64,000 bases of DNA from Eledone cirrhosa (Eukaryota): the NCBI GenBank assembly GCA_964016885.1, contig OZ024740.1, positions 78,492,001 to 78,556,000 on the forward strand, given 5' to 3'. Numbering within the stretch: the first letter of the stretch is position 1; each line of letters begins with the position of its first letter. The position numbers were made by a program, and so were the translations under genes. Positions 59,003 to 64,000 of the stretch are shown piece after piece. The notes beneath the pieces are model-generated. The model saw only the letters and a program-made list of their open reading frames with translations, was not told the origin of the DNA and searched no databases.

Positions 59003-61306
59003 TTTCTTTATTTGCCACAGGGGCGTACAAAAATAGGATATTACAAGACGTGACGGCGGAGGTTTTACATAAAAATAACTTTAACATTAATAAATAACAA
59101 TAAACTATATATGATAAAATAACAATTGAAATCCCCAATAGAGGGTACGTTACTGCAGGGTTATTTTACACCCCGTGGATAGAACAACCCTCAACACCAG
59201 GAACACGTTTTGTAGGTGTTCCCGTCTTCCCTCTGTTTATTTTCCTCAACCTACAGATTTATATACAGAGAAGGCCCATTCATTCAGGCTATTTTCGCCA
59301 CATTCACCCACCTTTCAGCGAATTTACTGGGGTGTAGCACCTCTCTCTCCATTCTCACCTCCTTCTGAAGTGATACTTAAAGAAGGGGATAAGTTGTTGT
59401 CCGGAGAGAAAGGTGTTTGCCCTCAGTCCTTTTAACCGCGTCTACCATATTACCTCTTTCGCCATAGCCACCAGACAGAGCAAAACCGCCTCTCCTTCAC
59501 TCTTAAATGAAGGCGGTGTGTTGATCCTCACGATGTACTCGGCTGACAACTGGATGTGTCCCACATGTGACAGTAGCTGTTCGACATAATTCCACAGGTC
59601 GGTCACCCCTGGGCACTGAACAATTGCGTGCAGAACGGTTTCGATGTCCTGCTCGCATCTTCGACAGGTCCTTTTGGCAGGATCTCTGCCAGGGCGTCCG
59701 TGCCTGTAGATTTTGTCTCGAACTGGTAGAGCTCCTCGGTAGCACTGCCAGGCCAGAGACCTCTGGAAGTTATCCATAGGCCCTGGACGGAAAGTCCTCC
59801 CGAACAAACTGGTCAGTTCGTCCTCCTCGATGCCTAGAGTTTCCCCGAGAACGTCGTCGCACTTATCCTCCACTAATCTCCTATAGAGTGTCAAAGTGGA
59901 GTCTCCGCTGATTGCCGTTTCCGCTTGGTAGAGGGCTGTTTCCGCCTGAAGGCACTCGAGGTGCCAGGCACCCATTTTCGGTCTTCGCTTGACCCAGGAC
60001 TGCAGCTCTGTTAGTGAGACGAGTTGTGGAAGAGCTTGTCTCACAAACGACAGCCACACCGGTTCACCGGTCAGGAATACCTGGAGATGGCGTAGCCTCA
60101 GCGCGTGTTTGCGCAACATCAGCCACGGCATGCCCATTCCTCCGTTAGAAGGGTGTTGACAACAGATGGATCTCTTCACCAATGGAGCCTGTTTCTTCCA
60201 GAGGAACTTGAAGAGTAGGCATTCCATTTTGGTGAGGTATTCGCGGGGACAAGATGTCGGACGACCTTTCAAGGAGAGTTTGCACTCAGCCGACTTCTGG
60301 GTGAGTGCAAACACCTTCGCCGTGACCTCGTTCCAGTTCTTGTCCACCTGGAGGTCTGAACCAAACTAGACCCCGAGCAATTTCACCGGTCCTTCCGTCC
60401 AGCGTCCAACGACACTGTCGAAAGGCATGGGTTTGCCTCTCCATGTGCCGAGTTGCAAACCGACAGACTTGTTTGGGTTTAGTCTTGCTGTATTCCTGTA
60501 ATAGGTTGCCGATTACCCCTATTTCCGAGGTTTTCGACACCATTACGGCTATGTCGTCGGCATAGGCCGACGCTGCTTTCTGCAGTCCTGGTTCGATCGG
60601 GATGCCCTGCAACAGCTCCAACTTCCGCAGTAATGGCTCGAGAGTCAGTACATACAGAATGGAGGAGAGAGGGCATCCCTGACGGATGGAACGCGTGATT
60701 TGGAATGGCTCCGATAGGTAGCCATTCACCTTGACTGCCGAGCAGATGCTGGTGTGCATGGTAGCGATCCAGCCTCTGAAGGCGGGACCAAAGCCGGCCG
60801 CCTTGAGAACCACTTCAGAGTATTGATGGTCGACCCTATCAAATGCCTTAGACTGATCTAAATTGATCAGAGCCCCACAGAAGCCAGGTTTACACCCTAC
60901 CCTCTCTATGATGTATCGCATGAGGTGGAGGTTGTCGTGTATGGACCTGGTCGGGATTGCACACGTTTGCGCTTCCCCTACCAGGTTCTCGACGAAAAGC
61001 TCCAGCCTCGCTGCTAACACCTTGGCCAAAATCTTTAACTCTGGGTTGAGCAGAGTTATGAGCTGAAATTGCTTATCTCATCCCCCTTGTTCTCATCTTT
61101 CCTGATCAGCGTTACTACGCCTCTGCCTACTGCCAGTTGCAGTAGACCGCTTTGAGGACGCTAGAGAACAAGTCTGGCATGCCTATGTAAAACTCATAGG
61201 GTAGACCATCGAAACCGAGTGATTTGCGTTTCCCACAGTGGCCTAGGGTATCTTCTATTTCGCCCACTGTGATCGGCCTTTCGCAGCTCTCTGCATCTGT
61301 GCTCGA
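59003..61306 (-). mobile_element. 5'-truncated, disrupted Tx1 copy (stack member 3), same subfamily as 2251-3198
   Basis: RT motifs DQSKAFDRV, RQGCPLS, AYADD; CRRCEQDIETVLHAIVQC; GATA tracts on both sides. Confidence 0.92.
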
Positions 61307-61567
61307 GATAGATAGATAGATAGATAGATAGGTAGATAGATAGATAGATAGATAGCTAGACAGGGAGAGAGAGGGGGAGAGGAGGGAGAGATAAACTGCT
61401 AAAGAAATAGAGAGGGGGAGGGAGAGAGAGAGAGTGGAAAGAGATGGAAGAGAGATGTATACGGACATTCCAAAAGACTGACAAACGGACATACAGACAG
61501 ACAGATGAGGAAATTGATTGCTGGATTGGTTTTTCGGTATAGAAAAATATAAGGGTCCTATATCATA

Positions 61568-61925
61568 GGTGGGGGGGGGGGATAAGTGTGGGGGGGGGAT
61601 ACGTTTGGGTGTTGGAATAAGCGGGTGTTGGCATAAATGGAGGAGCGGATAAGTGGGGGTGTTGGAATAAGCGGGGGGCGGGGGTAAGTGGGGGTATGGA
61701 AATATGCAGGGATGGGGGAGAGATAAGCGGAGGTGTTGGATTAAGCGGAGTGGGAGATAAGAAGGGGAGTGTTGAAATAAGTGGGGGTGGGGGAAATAAG
61801 CGGGAGGAGAAGGTGGAATAAGCGGGGTGGGGGGATATGCGGGGGATATGCGGGGGATGTTGGAATAAGCAGGGAGGGGGGATAAGCTGGGATGAGTAGG
61901 AGTAAGCCGCGGAGAGGTGGTGGGA
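61568..61925. repeat. Degenerate G-rich tandem repeat (ataagcggg / gtgttggaataag units)
   Basis: Recurrent ataagcggg and G runs. Confidence 0.7.
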
Positions 61926-62162
61926 AATTGGTTAATTTTTCTAGATTATCTCTGTTGATTTTTTTAAAAACCAGAATTAGTCGTTTAGTTTACATATTGA
62001 GACGACGACCCATCCTATTTATCTTATAACATATGGGATTTCTAGTAATGTACTTTTTTTGGTGATATGTAATGTTTTTTAGTGTCTAAAGAAAATTAAT
62101 TGTCGCAGGAATGCTGCTAGTTAAATTAAAATTTAGTCCGAGATAGATTAGCAAAATTTAAT

Positions 62163-62347
62163 TGTTTCTACCTTTGGCACAAGGCCAGCAATTACCCAGT
62201 ACATTACTGGTACTTTATTTATCGACCTCGTAAGGATGAAAGGCAAAGTTAACCTTGGCGGGATTTGAACTCATAATGGAAAGGGCCGTAACTCTGTGCT
62301 ACAAAGAATAGAGTCCAACCCTCTACCGATACTGCCAATCCACCACT
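62163..62347 (-). mobile_element. Major-family SINE
   Basis: ggcacaaggccagcaatt...gatgaaaggcaaagttaacc...accgatactgccaat. Confidence 0.8.
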
Positions 62348-62977
62348 ATTAGAATAGCAACATTTAATAAGCGGGTGTAGGGTTAGATGAGTTTGGAATA
62401 AGAGGGGGGGGGGGGGGGGGTACCTGAAAATTTGATCAGCTGGGTGTGGGAATTATTCGCGACTCAAGAGTATATTCTTCTAATCATTCGTTTCAGTTAT
62501 ATGACCATGCTTTGTGTGTTTTTGTGTGTATGTGTGTACGTCTGTGAGTTCGCGTGTGAATGTGTGTGTTTGCGTGTGTGCGCGCGTGTCTGTGCACATG
62601 CTTGTGTGCGCGCGCGCGCGCATGCGTGTCTGTGTACATGCTTGTGTGTGTGTGTGTACGTGTGTGTGTACGTGTGTGTGTGTGTGTATACGTGTGTACG
62701 TGTGTGTGTTTGTATGTGCGCGCGTGTATGAATGTATGTGTGTGTGTATATACATGCGCGCGTGTGTGTATGTGTGTGCATGCGCGCGTGTGTATGTGCG
62801 CGCGCGTGTGTGTGTGTGTGTCTGCGCGTGCGTGTGTATGTGCGTACGTGTGTGTGAATGCGTGTGTGTGTGTATGTGTTTACATTTATTGTAAAGTCCC
62901 ATGACTTAATATTTCGATAAAAGAAGATCGATAAATGAGTAGTAGAGCTCCAGCCGCAACCTGGTGCAGTCTGCAAC

Positions 62978-63250
62978 TAACCCAGGTCTGCTGCAGGTCG
63001 GGCTGAGGAGGCCAAACTCTCCAAATACCTGTCGCTCTCCGACAGGTTTGCGGTCGTACCCTTGGCAGTGGAGACTTCTGGTGTCCTCGGCCCTAAGGCT
63101 ACCTCCCTACTCACCACCATAGGCGCTGAGCTGGCCAGACGCAGGTGTGAGCCTCTCGAGTTTGAATGATTCTTCCAGCGTGTCTCCCTTGCCGTCCTCC
63201 GGGGAGACGCCTTCTCCATTCTGTCCGCCAGGACTGTGGGGAGGCCATCA
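62978..63250 (+). mobile_element. CRE-type RLE 3' fragment
   Basis: SAAGRAEEAKLSKYLSLSDRFAVVPLAVETSGVLGPKA...FQRVSLAVLRGDAFSILSA. Confidence 0.75.
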
Positions 63251-63582
63251 ATATGATTGACTGACTTGTCATTTTATCATGTACTGCCTCTGTCTATGTC
63301 CCTAAATCTCCCGTCACTTTCATCTTTCCTCAACACATGGCAGAGTTGATTTATCAACTAAGTCCTTTCAAGGTGATGTTCCAGCATGGCCGTAGTCTAA
63401 TGATTGGAACAAATAAAAGAATGAAATAATATAAGTATATATTCCTATATCTATTCTATCGATCCATCAATCAATCTAGTGCATATATGTTTGTCATTTC
63501 AAGTGTTAAACTAATATATTTCTTCAATGTACTGTGTCGTTTGCTTTGTTATTTCTGTTTACTTTTTATACAAATATACACA

Positions 63583-63639
<57 letters not shown>

Positions 63640-63841
63640 TTAATACATACATATGTTCCACTGTCAATCAGCTCCTCGATGAACGATCTATTAATGATGG
63701 AACCTGACTCTGTAATCGGAAGTTCCTCAGATATGTTTTAACATGAATACTATTGATATTCTGCTCCCCAAGAGCGTTGAGTGCTCATCCGGCAGACCGC
63801 CTACGGACGCAATTAACTTGCACCTTAACACCTATATATAC

Positions 63842-63965
<124 letters not shown>

Positions 63966-64000
63966 TTATTTATATATATACATATACATACAAAGAGAGA

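Overview
Eukaryotic, AT-rich, extremely microsatellite-dense DNA with no recognisable host gene; intergenic or intronic. The abundant tRNA-type SINE families resemble those of Octopus/coleoid cephalopods (inference). Almost all real coding sequence belongs to non-LTR retrotransposons. These are seven Tx1-type (L1 clade) copies, one intact RTE element with three C-terminal C2H2 fingers plus derivatives, two R4/Dong-type copies, three CRE-type 3' fragments and several small RTE/I-type fragments. There are also many SINEs, piggyBac/hAT/mariner MITE-like elements and minisatellites. Most ORFs in the track are translations of simple repeats. Two patterns stand out. (1) Different retroelement families each sit in their own microsatellite: Tx1 in (TATC)n or (ATT)n, RTE in (ATGT)n, Dong-like in (ACAT)n, Penelope-like pieces in (TA)n. 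(2) About ten minimal type I hammerhead-ribozyme motifs occur in (TA)n-flanked, direct/inverted-repeat Penelope-like modules. Many share a non-canonical U.U pair at the base of stem II and a palindromic stem III, and one pair forms a 487-nt tandem, retrozyme-like unit. All calls are by eye, and boundaries are approximate unless exact motifs are quoted.
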